Below are positions 41,126 to 51,213 of a stretch of DNA of 64,000 nucleotides, piece after piece. Position 1 is the stretch's first letter. Each line of letters opens with the position of its first letter. Under the pieces are notes generated by a model. The model ran no database searches. It was not told the origin of the DNA and worked only from the letters and a program-made list of their open reading frames with translations. Location: sequence record MK250027.1. One strand, 5' to 3'. The position numbers and the translations under genes are program-made.

Positions 41126-41407
41126 TTAAATAGAATAATTAATATTCATAATATCAAAAAGTTGATTAAGATGATCTGTTGTTTGAACTTCTACAGATGC
41201 AACAGTATTATGTTCATCATTATCAATAATACATGTCCAATTTCTTCCTACCATATTTGTTTGTAAATTATGAATAGTTATTGTAAATGTATGATTAAGT
41301 TCTCCTACAGTTTTATAAAAGTAATCTGCTTCATCAAAATCTGCAAAACCTTTATCATGATTATATTCAAATTTATGAAATAAAAGTAAATCCTTTGTAA
41401 TATCCAT
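41126..41407 (-). CDS. Hypothetical protein
   Basis: Intact 93-aa ORF in an operon. Confidence 0.7.
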   Translation of the reverse strand: MDITKDLLLFHKFEYNHDKGFADFDEADYFYKTVGELNHTFTITIHNLQTNMVGRNWTCIIDNDEHNTVASVEVQTTDHLNQLFDIMNINYSI

Positions 41408-41417
41408 GTTTAATTAT

Positions 41418-42272
41418 TTAATCTTCATCATTTAAATCCTCAAATTCTTCATATGATAATAGTAATTTATCATATTCTTTAATCATTGTAGATAAAATTT
41501 GTTTTTGCTCTGATACATATTGTTTATCAAAATGCCAACATTGTCCTGCATATTTACATGGAATAAACATACCGTTTTGACTTTCTAACATTATACAGAA
41601 TGATGCCCAATTTACAACTGATTCTGAAAGTTCTTTCCAATTTATAGTTGAATTATTATAAAAACTCATAACACCATTCATTTGAGAAAATTGATTCCAA
41701 CAATAATTATATGGCATATAGTCTCTATATTCATCACTATTTAAATCTGTGACAACAAATAGTATACCTCCAGTAAATTCATTAAATACATTATCGCCTA
41801 CACCAATCAATTCCAAACATTTCTTCATCTTTGGAATTTCATATGTCATTGCTTTATATATAGAATATTTCTCATATATAACAGTATATTCATATTTTTC
41901 TGAAGTATGAAATACTGAACACATTTTTGTTATATTTTCAAAAAGTGTTTTAATATTATCTTTTTGTTCTTCATATGAAACATATTTATTATAATCTCGT
42001 AATATCGTAGATATAATATTATTAAATTTCATATTTAATTTTCCCTCTATCATTCGAGTGGTTTCATCCTCTTCATATTCAAAATCATCACTACCTCCAT
42101 ACTCATCCATATATCCTATAACAGGAATATGCATAGGTATTAATGGACTTTCTAAATAAGTAGGATTATTTCCAAGTTTATGCTTATTTCTACGACAAAT
42201 AATAGCAATTACTTTCTCTCTATTCCTTATTGGAATTCTTGAATGAAATCCAGATACACAAAAATCACCCAT
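41418..42272 (-). CDS. Hypothetical protein
   Basis: Intact 284-aa ORF. Confidence 0.75.
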   Translation of the reverse strand: MGDFCVSGFHSRIPIRNREKVIAIICRRNKHKLGNNPTYLESPLIPMHIPVIGYMDEYGGSDDFEYEEDETTRMIEGKLNMKFNNIISTILRDYNKYVSYEEQKDNIKTLFENITKMCSVFHTSEKYEYTVIYEKYSIYKAMTYEIPKMKKCLELIGVGDNVFNEFTGGILFVVTDLNSDEYRDYMPYNYCWNQFSQMNGVMSFYNNSTINWKELSESVVNWASFCIMLESQNGMFIPCKYAGQCWHFDKQYVSEQKQILSTMIKEYDKLLLSYEEFEDLNDED

Positions 42273-42275
42273 AAC

Positions 42276-42761
42276 TTATTTTAAATTATTAATATAATCA
42301 GCCATCTTAGTTTTCCAATTGTTTGCCTTTGCAATATGACAAATATAGTTAACTGCATACTCAAAACAATTTTCTAATGTATTCCATGTCATATCAAATG
42401 AATGTGGATTTTCACCAAGAGTTTGTGCAAACTTACTTGAATATATAATATCAAAATACCAATCTTTATGCTCTCTATTATATCCAGGCTCGATAATAAT
42501 ACCAAGATGTTTTTCTAACCAATCAACTGCGTCAAATACAGTAGGTGCTGGAATCCAATTAGGCGACGGATATTCAACTTCCCATTCTTTATCGCGTTGA
42601 CACAGATCTCCAGTATGCCATGTACGTTCAGCAACAGTTTCACCATTCTTTGATTTAACACCTTTAATACCAATTGGTGTATTCATATACAAATCTTCTG
42701 TATATTCATCGAATCCTAATTTATTAAGAATTTGTGAAGATGCAAAATTAATATGTTTCAT
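42276..42761 (-). CDS. Hypothetical protein
   Basis: Intact 161-aa ORF downstream of a TATCTTTG promoter. Confidence 0.75.
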   Translation of the reverse strand: MKHINFASSQILNKLGFDEYTEDLYMNTPIGIKGVKSKNGETVAERTWHTGDLCQRDKEWEVEYPSPNWIPAPTVFDAVDWLEKHLGIIIEPGYNREHKDWYFDIIYSSKFAQTLGENPHSFDMTWNTLENCFEYAVNYICHIAKANNWKTKMADYINNLK

Positions 42762-42784
42762 AATTATTTTATTTTATATTACAT

Positions 42785-42795
42785 TACAAAGATAC
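42785..42795 (-). promoter_or_regulatory. Bacteroidota sigmaA-type -7 element GTATCTTTGTA
   Basis: Matches the TAnnTTTG consensus; the identical 11-mer occurs at six intergenic sites, each upstream of a minus-strand gene. Confidence 0.75.
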
Positions 42796-42820
42796 ATATA
42801 ATTTTGGAATATAAAAAATA

Positions 42821-43258
42821 TTACTTATCTTTTTCTTCTGCATCTACATATTTCCAATACTGATCTATTATCTTATTCCATAATAATTCATATGAAAACC
42901 CATAATTATTATCAGGTCCAAATACTTTCATTTCATTTGAAGTAACCACATAATTGATTTGATATTTTCCCCTTTTTATTTTAAAAAAATTATCTTCATT
43001 TAATTCGTCTGAACCAGTATAACTAAATATTCTAATATTATAATGTTTACTTGATGTTATATGAACGCATGCATATAAATATGGTTGATAGTTTATTTTA
43101 TATACATAATATGTATTTTCACAAATTTTATTAAATAGCAATTGTATACATTGTACATCACAAAAATCCGGTATTTCTTTATTAAATGGTGGAAATACAA
43201 TATTTTCATCCATTACAGGCTTATCTTTTTTCTTAAATATGTTATTAAACAGTTTCAT
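42821..43258 (-). CDS. Hypothetical protein
   Basis: Intact 145-aa ORF. Confidence 0.7.
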   Translation of the reverse strand: MKLFNNIFKKKDKPVMDENIVFPPFNKEIPDFCDVQCIQLLFNKICENTYYVYKINYQPYLYACVHITSSKHYNIRIFSYTGSDELNEDNFFKIKRGKYQINYVVTSNEMKVFGPDNNYGFSYELLWNKIIDQYWKYVDAEEKDK

Positions 43259-43261
43259 TAT

Positions 43262-43930
43262 TCAATCTTCAATAATTTTTAAATCATCTGGTATATAACA
43301 ATCACTACCTAAATATTTAATATATTCTTTAACTGGTTTCTTTACTTTTTTCCAATATGGTAAGTTATTATCTTTGCTTTGATAATATATATAACTATCA
43401 AAATATGTTATTTCTTCAATATTTCCATTATGTTCAACTTTACATACTTTATAATTATCTTCATCGAAATAACTTGCAAGATCCATCCATACTAATAAAT
43501 CTTCTAATATCATTATTGACAACGGTGAAGTGTTATATGTATTAGTTTTTTTCTTTTCATATATAATATTTCCATTATTATCTTTCAATACTGTTAATCC
43601 TTTATAATCACCTGTAATTTGCCAATTTGGATTATCAATAAAATATTGTAATAAAAATTCTAATGGTTTTCGCTCTTCTTGAATTATAGAATAATCTATT
43701 GAAAAATTATATTCACTAAACCTTAAATTATCTTCTATACATTGTCGTATGTCTATAGCAAAATGTTGCTTCTAATCATGTGTTAATGTATAATATTCAT
43801 ATTTAGCAATATTTAATGCATGTTGATGTGCGGCTATTGTATGTCTACCAATTGCATATCTATATGACATCCATACTAAATCTTCATGATAACTTTTATC
43901 GAATATATTATCCTAATCTTTTTTCTTCAT
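43262..43930 (-). CDS. Hypothetical protein (222 aa, two TAG)
   Basis: Track ORF 43262-43588 extends to ATG 43930 MKKKD(Q)DNIF...LVWMSYRYAIGRHT; TATAAATA at 43947-43954 upstream. Confidence 0.75.
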
Positions 43931-44019
43931 ATAAAATAAAAAAGTCTATTTATAATTATATAAAAATATACATAAGTTGTTTATTAATAAATATAATAAA
44001 TAAAAATAAACTAATTATC

Positions 44020-44922
44020 ATGAAATTCATTAAATTATTTGATAATAAAGAATAGTTAGATAATTATGCCAATGGAATTTCACATCGAGATGGCGCATTT
44101 ATACTATCTGAAAAAAAAAAAGAGAAACTAAGTATTATTGATGAAAGACATCCAGGTCCAAACTGTATTTATGTATAGGATTTAAATATGTCTCCATTAT
44201 CATTAGAATCAAATTCGTCGAAAGATGTAAAAGTTGGCTCAATATTATATGTAAACACTAATAATAAGTTAACATTAAATAATGAACCTGGTAATATGGC
44301 AATTGCTATATGTGTATGTCCATCAGTTACAGAAGATTTTGAAGCTGGTAATTCAACCGGTGAAAGTAAAGTAAAAACTGCACGTTTTTGTAGTCTTTAC
44401 TATATGAATTAGGATATAGTAGGTACTGCTAGTATTAATGATACAACAGTATAGTTTAATATGAAAGGATATACTATAGGAAATACATATGGTAATAGAT
44501 CTAGTACTAGTTATATTGGTGGTAAAAAAAATACATAGATATTAGTAGAAAAATCATCATATTATTATGATACTAAAAGATTATTATGTAATATATCATT
44601 TTCTGATACTTATAATGGTGTTTTTCTTGGCTGTAATGCTGCAGTTTCTGCTGCTGTATATAGTATACGTGGTACAAAAAGAGGTGATTGGTATTTACCA
44701 TCAGTGGGAGAATTAAAAGAGATGTATAGTAAAATTTCCATAATCAATCCTATTAGAAAACAACTAGTTAATGAAGAATACAAAATGTAGGGGCATTATT
44801 GGACAAGTTATGAATATAATGCAGACAATGAATCTGCAATATTATTCACCAATGGTGCTATAACATATGCTGATAAAAAAATGAGTAAAAGAGTAATACC
44901 ATTTTTAGCGGTTTCTATATAA
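44020..44922 (+). CDS. DUF1566/Lcl-C-like (C-type-lectin fold) domain protein (300 aa, six TAG)
   Basis: Continuous with TAG=Gln; C-terminal GDWYLPSVGELKEMY...YWTSYEYNA...KRVIPFLAV. Confidence 0.75.
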
Positions 44923-44927
44923 AATAT

Positions 44928-44962
44928 TAAGGTGATAATATTTTTGAAATATTATCACCTTA
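44928..44962. terminator. Bidirectional terminator (GGTGATA family)
   Basis: 16-bp stem TAAGGTGATAATATTT/AAATATTATCACCTTA. Confidence 0.85.
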
Positions 44963-44968
44963 TTTAAT

Positions 44969-45649
44969 TTACTTCTTATATAAAATATTATCAATCATTC
45001 CTTTAGAACCATATGATTTTGCTTCTTCTGCTGTCATCCAAAAATCTCTATCTGCATCAGATTTAATTTTTTTCATTGTTTGCCCAGAATGATTTGCAAT
45101 AATATCATAAAGTTCTGTTTTTAACTTATTTATTTCTTTACATGTAATTTCTATATCACTTGCTTGGGTATGATCTCCAGTAGATGACATAGGTTGGTGA
45201 ATCATTACACGTGAATGTGGTAATGCGTATCTTTTTCCTTCAGTTCCTGCACAAAGTAATATACTAGCCATACTAGCTGCCATACCGGCACATATAGTAG
45301 ATACATCAGACCTTATAAATTGCATTGTATCATATATCTCTAATCCTGAATATACATCACCACCTGGTGAATTAATATAAATAGAAATATCAGTATTATC
45401 TACATTATCAAGATACAATAATTGAGATGTAATAATATTAGCACTTTCTGCTGTTACAGGATTACCTAAGAAAATAATTCTATCCATCATCAATCTTGAG
45501 AATACATCCATTTGTGATACGTTAAGTTGTCGTTCCTCAAGTATAGTAGGATTTTGATAACCCATATTTATACCATTCATATAATCATGTAAGTAAAGAC
45601 TACTTACATTTCTTGAATTCATAAACTTTTCAAAATCAGTTTTAATCAT
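44969..45649 (-). CDS. clpP: ATP-dependent Clp protease proteolytic subunit
   Basis: DVFSRLMMDRIIFLG, YINSPGG, AASM (Ser), MIHQP (His), DRDFWMTAEEA (Asp). Confidence 0.97.
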   Translation of the reverse strand: MIKTDFEKFMNSRNVSSLYLHDYMNGINMGYQNPTILEERQLNVSQMDVFSRLMMDRIIFLGNPVTAESANIITSQLLYLDNVDNTDISIYINSPGGDVYSGLEIYDTMQFIRSDVSTICAGMAASMASILLCAGTEGKRYALPHSRVMIHQPMSSTGDHTQASDIEITCKEINKLKTELYDIIANHSGQTMKKIKSDADRDFWMTAEEAKSYGSKGMIDNILYKK

Positions 45650-46142
45650 CTATATTATAGTATTTCTTTCTAAAACATTTTTTTAGTAATGATACAACAT
45701 GAATATTAGGAAATTCACAAGGATTATTAGGATTTGTTTCATTATAAATATCGGGATAACAATCTAATATAAATTTAACAACTCCTTGAGATCTAGATAC
45801 TCCAGCTGAACAATGAACATAAATATCTTTTCCTAAATTATTCTCTATAAAATTAAATAATTCATTTGCTTGATTATCTGTTAATCCTTTAATTGAATTT
45901 GCATATTTAATTTCATCTTCTGTTATATCATCTCCATATGCATATAATAAATTATAATCTGTAATATCATAAAAGTCTAAATTAATAACATTATCTCTTG
46001 ATTTAAATATATGATATTCATCTTTTGCATTTGGTTCACATATAGATATTATTGCTATATTATCTGGTAATGTATTGTTATCCCATTTATTTTTATTCAT
46101 TAACGATTTAAATCCGTCAAATCCTGTACACCAAATTTTCAT
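45642..46142 (-). CDS. Cys-based protein tyrosine / dual-specificity phosphatase
   Basis: Signature VHCSAGVSRS (HCxxGxxRS). Confidence 0.85.
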   Translation of the reverse strand: MKIWCTGFDGFKSLMNKNKWDNNTLPDNIAIISICEPNAKDEYHIFKSRDNVINLDFYDITDYNLLYAYGDDITEDEIKYANSIKGLTDNQANELFNFIENNLGKDIYVHCSAGVSRSQGVVKFILDCYPDIYNETNPNNPCEFPNIHVVSLLKKCFRKKYYNIDD

Positions 46143-46777
46143 AATTTACTTAATTGAATTTCTAATTCATGTATATGTGATAATTCTTTATCTATCTCAT
46201 CATTTAAATAATCTATTCTATCTTGCGATTTTTTAATTAAGCGTTTAAGTTCATCTGATAATATATTATTTTCATCAAAATAATTTGAAATGATTTTTTT
46301 AATATTATCTATTCCGTTAACAAATGTTTTAAATTCATCATCTGTTAATTTAAAAGAAATTTGATTATTTAAATTATAAACATATATTTTTTCTTTTAAT
46401 GATTTACATTCTTTTAAAAAGAGTTCTATATTTTCATCTATTATAAAATCTAAATCATAATCAGTAAATTTGACAAAAGTATTAATTTCAAAATTATCAT
46501 ACTTTGGATTAATAAATACGTCGTTAAATATATAATTTACATAATAGAATAAATCAACTCCATAAATATCATGAAACGAATCTGTATGACATACTATAAA
46601 ATCTCCTAATTTCATATTAGAAAAATATCCATAATCGAAATCAAATATTTTTATTGTTCTATTTAATAAATCAATTGGTATATTATCTTTTAAAATTTTA
46701 GGAAAATCATTTTCATCAGGACATTCTAATAATTTATGAATATCCTGATATATGTTTTTTAATTTCTCATATTCCAT
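46139..46777 (-). CDS. Hypothetical protein
   Basis: Intact 212-aa ORF with ATGA coupling to the next gene. Confidence 0.7.
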   Translation of the reverse strand: MEYEKLKNIYQDIHKLLECPDENDFPKILKDNIPIDLLNRTIKIFDFDYGYFSNMKLGDFIVCHTDSFHDIYGVDLFYYVNYIFNDVFINPKYDNFEINTFVKFTDYDLDFIIDENIELFLKECKSLKEKIYVYNLNNQISFKLTDDEFKTFVNGIDNIKKIISNYFDENNILSDELKRLIKKSQDRIDYLNDEIDKELSHIHELEIQLSKL

Positions 46778-46779
46778 AT

Positions 46780-47469
46780 TTAAATAAACTTTTTAATATA
46801 TTTTAATGTATCATGAATATCTTGAGAAAACTTAAACAATGCTTCCTTTGTTTTAAGATTAATATCTTTATATAGTTGTTCTTTCGTTTCAAACCCTATA
46901 GCATCATCTGATTTCATCCATGATTTCTGTATAACTGCAGTATGCCTATTACTATCATTAATAGTAATATTATCCCAATTATTACCATATATATTAATTT
47001 CTGTATATACAATAGTTACTCTATTATTAATAATATTTACATCTTCTAACATAATATAAGTATCATTAATATTATAATCAAAACCACATGGTTCTACACC
47101 ATATGTTATATCTTTATAAAAATCATTATCTACTTTTCGCATAACTTTACCAGTATCTAAATAATTATGCTGAATAAAATCACGTAATTCAATATTATAT
47201 TGAGATATAAAATTACCGCATGGACATTGTTCAGTCAAAAATATTTGCATATTATATGGTAAATATCTAAAATCTTCATTATTAACATTTAAATAACGAC
47301 GTTTTACTAATTTAAATGTATAATCAATATTATTGATATTAATAGTTACTTCTTCCTTTGCACAAAAATCTTGATATGTATGCAACTTATTTAAAAGACG
47401 TTTAAATAATGTAGCAACTCTATCACAACCTAAATCATTTACTGAAATATCATATACTTCAAAATTCAT
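46780..47469 (-). CDS. Hypothetical protein
   Basis: Intact 229-aa ORF. Confidence 0.7.
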   Translation of the reverse strand: MNFEVYDISVNDLGCDRVATLFKRLLNKLHTYQDFCAKEEVTININNIDYTFKLVKRRYLNVNNEDFRYLPYNMQIFLTEQCPCGNFISQYNIELRDFIQHNYLDTGKVMRKVDNDFYKDITYGVEPCGFDYNINDTYIMLEDVNIINNRVTIVYTEINIYGNNWDNITINDSNRHTAVIQKSWMKSDDAIGFETKEQLYKDINLKTKEALFKFSQDIHDTLKYIKKFI

Positions 47470-47503
47470 AGTTATATTATTTTTTAATTAAACATTCTAT
47501 TAA

Positions 47504-47514
47504 TACAAAGATAC
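47504..47514 (-). promoter_or_regulatory. Bacteroidota-type -7 element GTATCTTTGTA
   Basis: Identical 11-mer upstream of ATG 47469. Confidence 0.75.
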
Positions 47515-47536
47515 ATAAAATTATTAAAAATAAAAA

Positions 47537-47578
47537 ATAGTAATTAAGAAAACTAATATTAAATTTCTTAATTACTAT
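47537..47578 (-). terminator. Intrinsic terminator
   Basis: 15-bp stem ATAGTAATTAAGAAA/TTTCTTAATTACTAT. Confidence 0.8.
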
Positions 47579-47587
47579 ATATTTTAA

Positions 47588-47794
47588 TTACTTTGATGAC
47601 GAGCTAGATGATGATGGAAATAATAATTTAGCAACTGTCATCAAACACAATGCATGAATATATGTAATTGTTGGTAAACCAAATAAATATGGCATAACAT
47701 AATTCCAACAAATCATAAATATAATTGCACCTAAAATAATAAATATAATTGCAACTAAAATAGTTACAATTGATGTCCATATAAAAGTTTTCAT
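47588..47794 (-). CDS. Small membrane protein (two TM)
   Basis: 68 aa with two hydrophobic stretches. Confidence 0.65.
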   Translation of the reverse strand: MKTFIWTSIVTILVAIIFIILGAIIFMICWNYVMPYLFGLPTITYIHALCLMTVAKLLFPSSSSSSSK

Positions 47795-47890
47795 ATAATT
47801 TATTTACTTGTAATTAATGCAAATAGAATATTTGATAATACATTAAATCTAAACTTCTTTTTTGCATATCTACCTTTATTTTTTATTTGT

Positions 47891-48115
47891 TCATACTTCA
47901 TTATTTCTATTATTATAATAATTAATCAAATCAACTTTCATTTCTTTATTAAATTGATTATTTCTTTTTCTATTTCTAATAACTCTATCTTCTGCTATTT
48001 CACAATTATAACGTTTCCATTTATTTAAAATAGAACGTCTATACTTTGGTTTAATTTTATCTTTATTATCATGCATATAATCATATACAGCTTGTTCTTT
48101 AAAATTATTACTCAT
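47891..48115 (-). CDS. Small basic hypothetical protein
   Basis: Intact 74-aa ORF. Confidence 0.6.
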   Translation of the reverse strand: MSNNFKEQAVYDYMHDNKDKIKPKYRRSILNKWKRYNCEIAEDRVIRNRKRNNQFNKEMKVDLINYYNNRNNEV

Positions 48116-48149
48116 AGTATATTTTATAAAGATATTTTATTTTCAAAAT

Positions 48150-48890
48150 AATAAAAAATAAACATCAAAATTGTGGTTCTAAATCTTACTGCTACTTACT
48201 AAGACTACAATTTTGATGTTTATAAAAGCAATCATTCATTATCCTGCAGCATCCATATTAGTATAAGTTTCATTGCAATAGAACTTTACAACTATAGTGA
48301 TAATCCACTTATACATTCTTTTACTCTAAAGTCTTTTATATAACTTTATCATACATAATATATGTACTGTCCATCAATAAAAGGTTCTTTATTTCATCAT
48401 GGTTTTATATCGTATAAACAACCCTCTGTATATCACTGATTCATTTCTTTACATTTAGAAATCAGGGTCTTTAAGCCTCAACGTTTGGCTGTAACTATTA
48501 TCCTCAACCATTACCAGATAATGTCATCTTGTTTTTGTGGTGCATCTCACATACCTCCTTTAATCATAAAACAAGCAAAACTACTAAGACAAATAACGTT
48601 TCTTAGAACTTCTACGAATTTACGCTCATATCAAATCATCATCTGATATAGACACCTAAATTAAGTGAATAAAGTTTACGACTCAATATAAAATTTTATA
48701 TCTCAACCTTTATCAAAAATGATTCATTAAATTCTTTTAAGGAACTTATTTCTAATTAAATGAAGGATTCATTTAAAATAGGTTCTCCCGAAAACATGCG
48801 GTTTATCCTTACTCATTATAATTATAATAAGCGTTGTTTATAGCACTCATTAGAATTCATTATGTATTATCTAACTCTCATTTATAATAT
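48150..48890 (-). ncRNA. Large structured ncRNA candidate A (about 740 nt), family unassigned
   Basis: No ORF in the track; bounded by a TAGACA-N17-TATAAA promoter and a terminator; many stems (AAATGAA/TTCATTT, ATATCAGAT/ATTTGATAT, CTAAGA/TCTTAG, CTTGTTTT/AAAACAAG, CTGATT/AATCAG). Confidence 0.55.
48158..48223 (-). terminator. Terminator closing ncRNA candidate A
   Basis: 17-bp stem ATAAACATCAAAATTGT/ACAATTTTGATGTTTAT followed on the minus strand by a T tract. Confidence 0.75.
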
Positions 48891-48896
48891 TCATAA

Positions 48897-48925
48897 TTTA
48901 TATGATATTAAAAGCAAAATGTCTA
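48897..48925 (-). promoter_or_regulatory. sigma70-like promoter TAGACA-N17-TATAAA
   Basis: Plus strand tttata (48897-48902) and tgtcta (48920-48925), 17 nt apart. Confidence 0.6.
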
Positions 48926-49003
48926 ATATCATATTATAAATTATTTGTCTCGTTAGATATTATCAAAATTTCAAAGATCTCTTCATTGTTATTTTATTAA
49001 CAA

Positions 49004-49014
49004 TACAAAGATAC
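49004..49014 (-). promoter_or_regulatory. Bacteroidota-type -7 element GTATCTTTGTA
   Basis: Identical 11-mer, pointing toward ncRNA candidate A. Confidence 0.7.
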
Positions 49015-49065
49015 ACATTCTTTTTTAATAAAAAAAATATTCTAAGAAAAAATTAAAAATATTTT

Positions 49066-49866
49066 TTATCTTACAAAACATGTTGCATATCCATGTTCAA
49101 CCTTAATAAATAATACTTCACCATTTAACCACAATTTATCAAATGGCGTTTTATCACCATTTTCTTGCATATCTTTATGTTCATCAATAGCATATTTCTC
49201 AATGTCATCAATACTACCTTTATAATAATTCTTTATGTTATCAGATTCAAGATATGCAATTCGCGACTTACATTCGTCAAGAAGTTCTTCAAATACAGGA
49301 ACAGATTTATTACAAAATCTGTCATACTCATTCTGAAAATTAATATTAGATGAACAAATACCATTTGTAATAATACGAGATACATTTTCAAGTTTCTCTA
49401 GATTATCAAGGTCTACATAAAAATCATCGCATGTAATATCATTATCTTTATACATACCAATAACATGAACTTTTGCATTCCATAATTCACACCATTTATT
49501 TGCACCATCTTCTATAAGCTGTCCAAAATCATTATCATGAAAATCAAACATAATCATGAAATTTTTATCAACCTTAATATCACTAGTTTCATATGGATCA
49601 CCTTTATACTTATGACCATCATAAAGACCTGTAAGATATGAAGAACGACTTATCCTTAAAATCTCTTTCAAACAAAAATCCTTAATTTTTTTATATTCTT
49701 CATCATTTAGATTATCAGTTCCATCAAGCAAATCTAATACTGAGTCATAATATTTTTCTTCATTTTTTACATAGTCATAAGACATATCTACAAATGGCTT
49801 GCCGAACATACGAATTTCAGATTTATTCATATCTTCTTGCATCTTCTTAAGATCTATTTCTTTCAT
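49066..49866 (-). CDS. Hypothetical protein
   Basis: Intact 266-aa ORF. Confidence 0.75.
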   Translation of the reverse strand: MKEIDLKKMQEDMNKSEIRMFGKPFVDMSYDYVKNEEKYYDSVLDLLDGTDNLNDEEYKKIKDFCLKEILRISRSSYLTGLYDGHKYKGDPYETSDIKVDKNFMIMFDFHDNDFGQLIEDGANKWCELWNAKVHVIGMYKDNDITCDDFYVDLDNLEKLENVSRIITNGICSSNINFQNEYDRFCNKSVPVFEELLDECKSRIAYLESDNIKNYYKGSIDDIEKYAIDEHKDMQENGDKTPFDKLWLNGEVLFIKVEHGYATCFVR

Positions 49867-49879
49867 ATTTCTTAATTAT

Positions 49880-50821
49880 TTACATTGTTCCATCATTAGG
49901 TTGCAAACACATAATTCCACGTTCTCGCCACATCTTAACCACTTTAGAAGAATCTTCCAATACAAACAATACATTATAATAAGGTTCAATATATTCCTTA
50001 TATAAATTATATTTACAATCTGGACCCTTTGTAAAATTCTTCAAAGGTCTCATTAACACCTTATCAACATTACCAATAAGGTTATTCTTCAACCAATCTT
50101 CTGTTGCATGTCTAATATCGTCTGTATCTTCTCTACCTGTCAATATAATGACATCCACTGATTTATCGGCAATATATGTATTAACAAGTTGGCAAAGTTG
50201 CTTACATGGTTTATCATCCCTCATGCTATCAGCAGCACCATTACCATAAAATGGCCGACCTTGAAGATTAAAACAAAGTGTAGCATCCATATCTACAAGA
50301 ATACAATTCTTCTTCGTTTCATCAAACTTCTTAAAGCTATTATATTGCTTATTATTAAGTTGTGTAGCAATAAAGTTTCTATATCGCCTATAAGTAGATT
50401 TGATAACGGATTCACCTATAGGATTAGATCTAAATGAATCTCTTCTAATACATTCCTCTACCGATACATCAAAGAAATCCTTAAATTCCAATGTATAATG
50501 ATACTCATTATGTGTCTCATTATACTTATCAATTCTATCTTGCATTTCTTTCCATCCCTTTGGATTCAGGTTCATATTATCCATAATGATATTCCAACCT
50601 TTTTCCATAGGTGATTTAAAAAATGCATCTGTCATATCTTTAATAACAGAAAGTTTCTCACGTGATTCTACCCAATACTCACCGAACATGTTTCTAAGAG
50701 AATCCCAATTAATTCTAATTCTCTCAGTTGGTTTCTCCTTTACCCAATGTTCAGCGAATGTAGACTTACCAGACGCTTGAATACCTCTTGTCAATATAAT
50801 TACCCTTTCTTTCATATTCAT
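49880..50821 (-). CDS. pseT: Polynucleotide 5'-kinase / 3'-phosphatase (T4 PseT-like)
   Basis: P-loop RGIQASGKST, RINWDSLR, IMDNMNL; HAD motifs DMDATL, TGRE, LEDS. Confidence 0.92.
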   Translation of the reverse strand: MNMKERVIILTRGIQASGKSTFAEHWVKEKPTERIRINWDSLRNMFGEYWVESREKLSVIKDMTDAFFKSPMEKGWNIIMDNMNLNPKGWKEMQDRIDKYNETHNEYHYTLEFKDFFDVSVEECIRRDSFRSNPIGESVIKSTYRRYRNFIATQLNNKQYNSFKKFDETKKNCILVDMDATLCFNLQGRPFYGNGAADSMRDDKPCKQLCQLVNTYIADKSVDVIILTGREDTDDIRHATEDWLKNNLIGNVDKVLMRPLKNFTKGPDCKYNLYKEYIEPYYNVLFVLEDSSKVVKMWRERGIMCLQPNDGTM

Positions 50822-50839
50822 ATTTTATTTAATTAGCAA

Positions 50840-50850
50840 TACAAAGATAC
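50840..50850 (-). promoter_or_regulatory. Bacteroidota-type -7 element GTATCTTTGTA
   Basis: Identical 11-mer upstream of pseT. Confidence 0.75.
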
Positions 50851-50991
50851 ATAATTTTTAGGAAAATAAAAAATTAATTATTATCAAATACTATATTTTC
50901 AACAAAATTAAGTTTCTTATAATTTCTATTCTTTGAATACTTATCGATTATTTTTAAAAAATCGACCATAAATCTATAATCAAATTCTGGT

Positions 50992-51210
50992 TTATTCATC
51001 TTTTAACATCATTGCAAGAATAACAGATTTCATACATGTCATATATCCTTTAAGATACATATCTTTCAACATCAACCAAATTCTTTCAAATTCATCTGGT
51101 ATCTTTTCACTTGTATCATCAGATATATTAGAGTTACCGACAATAGTTTTAAGCTCTCGCCGTGCTTGATAATCAGCCATTGCATTTAATTTATTCTTAT
51201 TAAATTCCAT
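50992..51210 (-). CDS. Hypothetical protein
   Basis: Intact 72-aa ORF. Confidence 0.65.
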   Translation of the reverse strand: MEFNKNKLNAMADYQARRELKTIVGNSNISDDTSEKIPDEFERIWLMLKDMYLKGYMTCMKSVILAMMLKDE

Positions 51211-51213
51211 ATT

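Noticed and set aside
44020-44922. Complete diversity-generating retroelement
   Set aside because: No reverse transcriptase, Avd or template repeat seen in the window.
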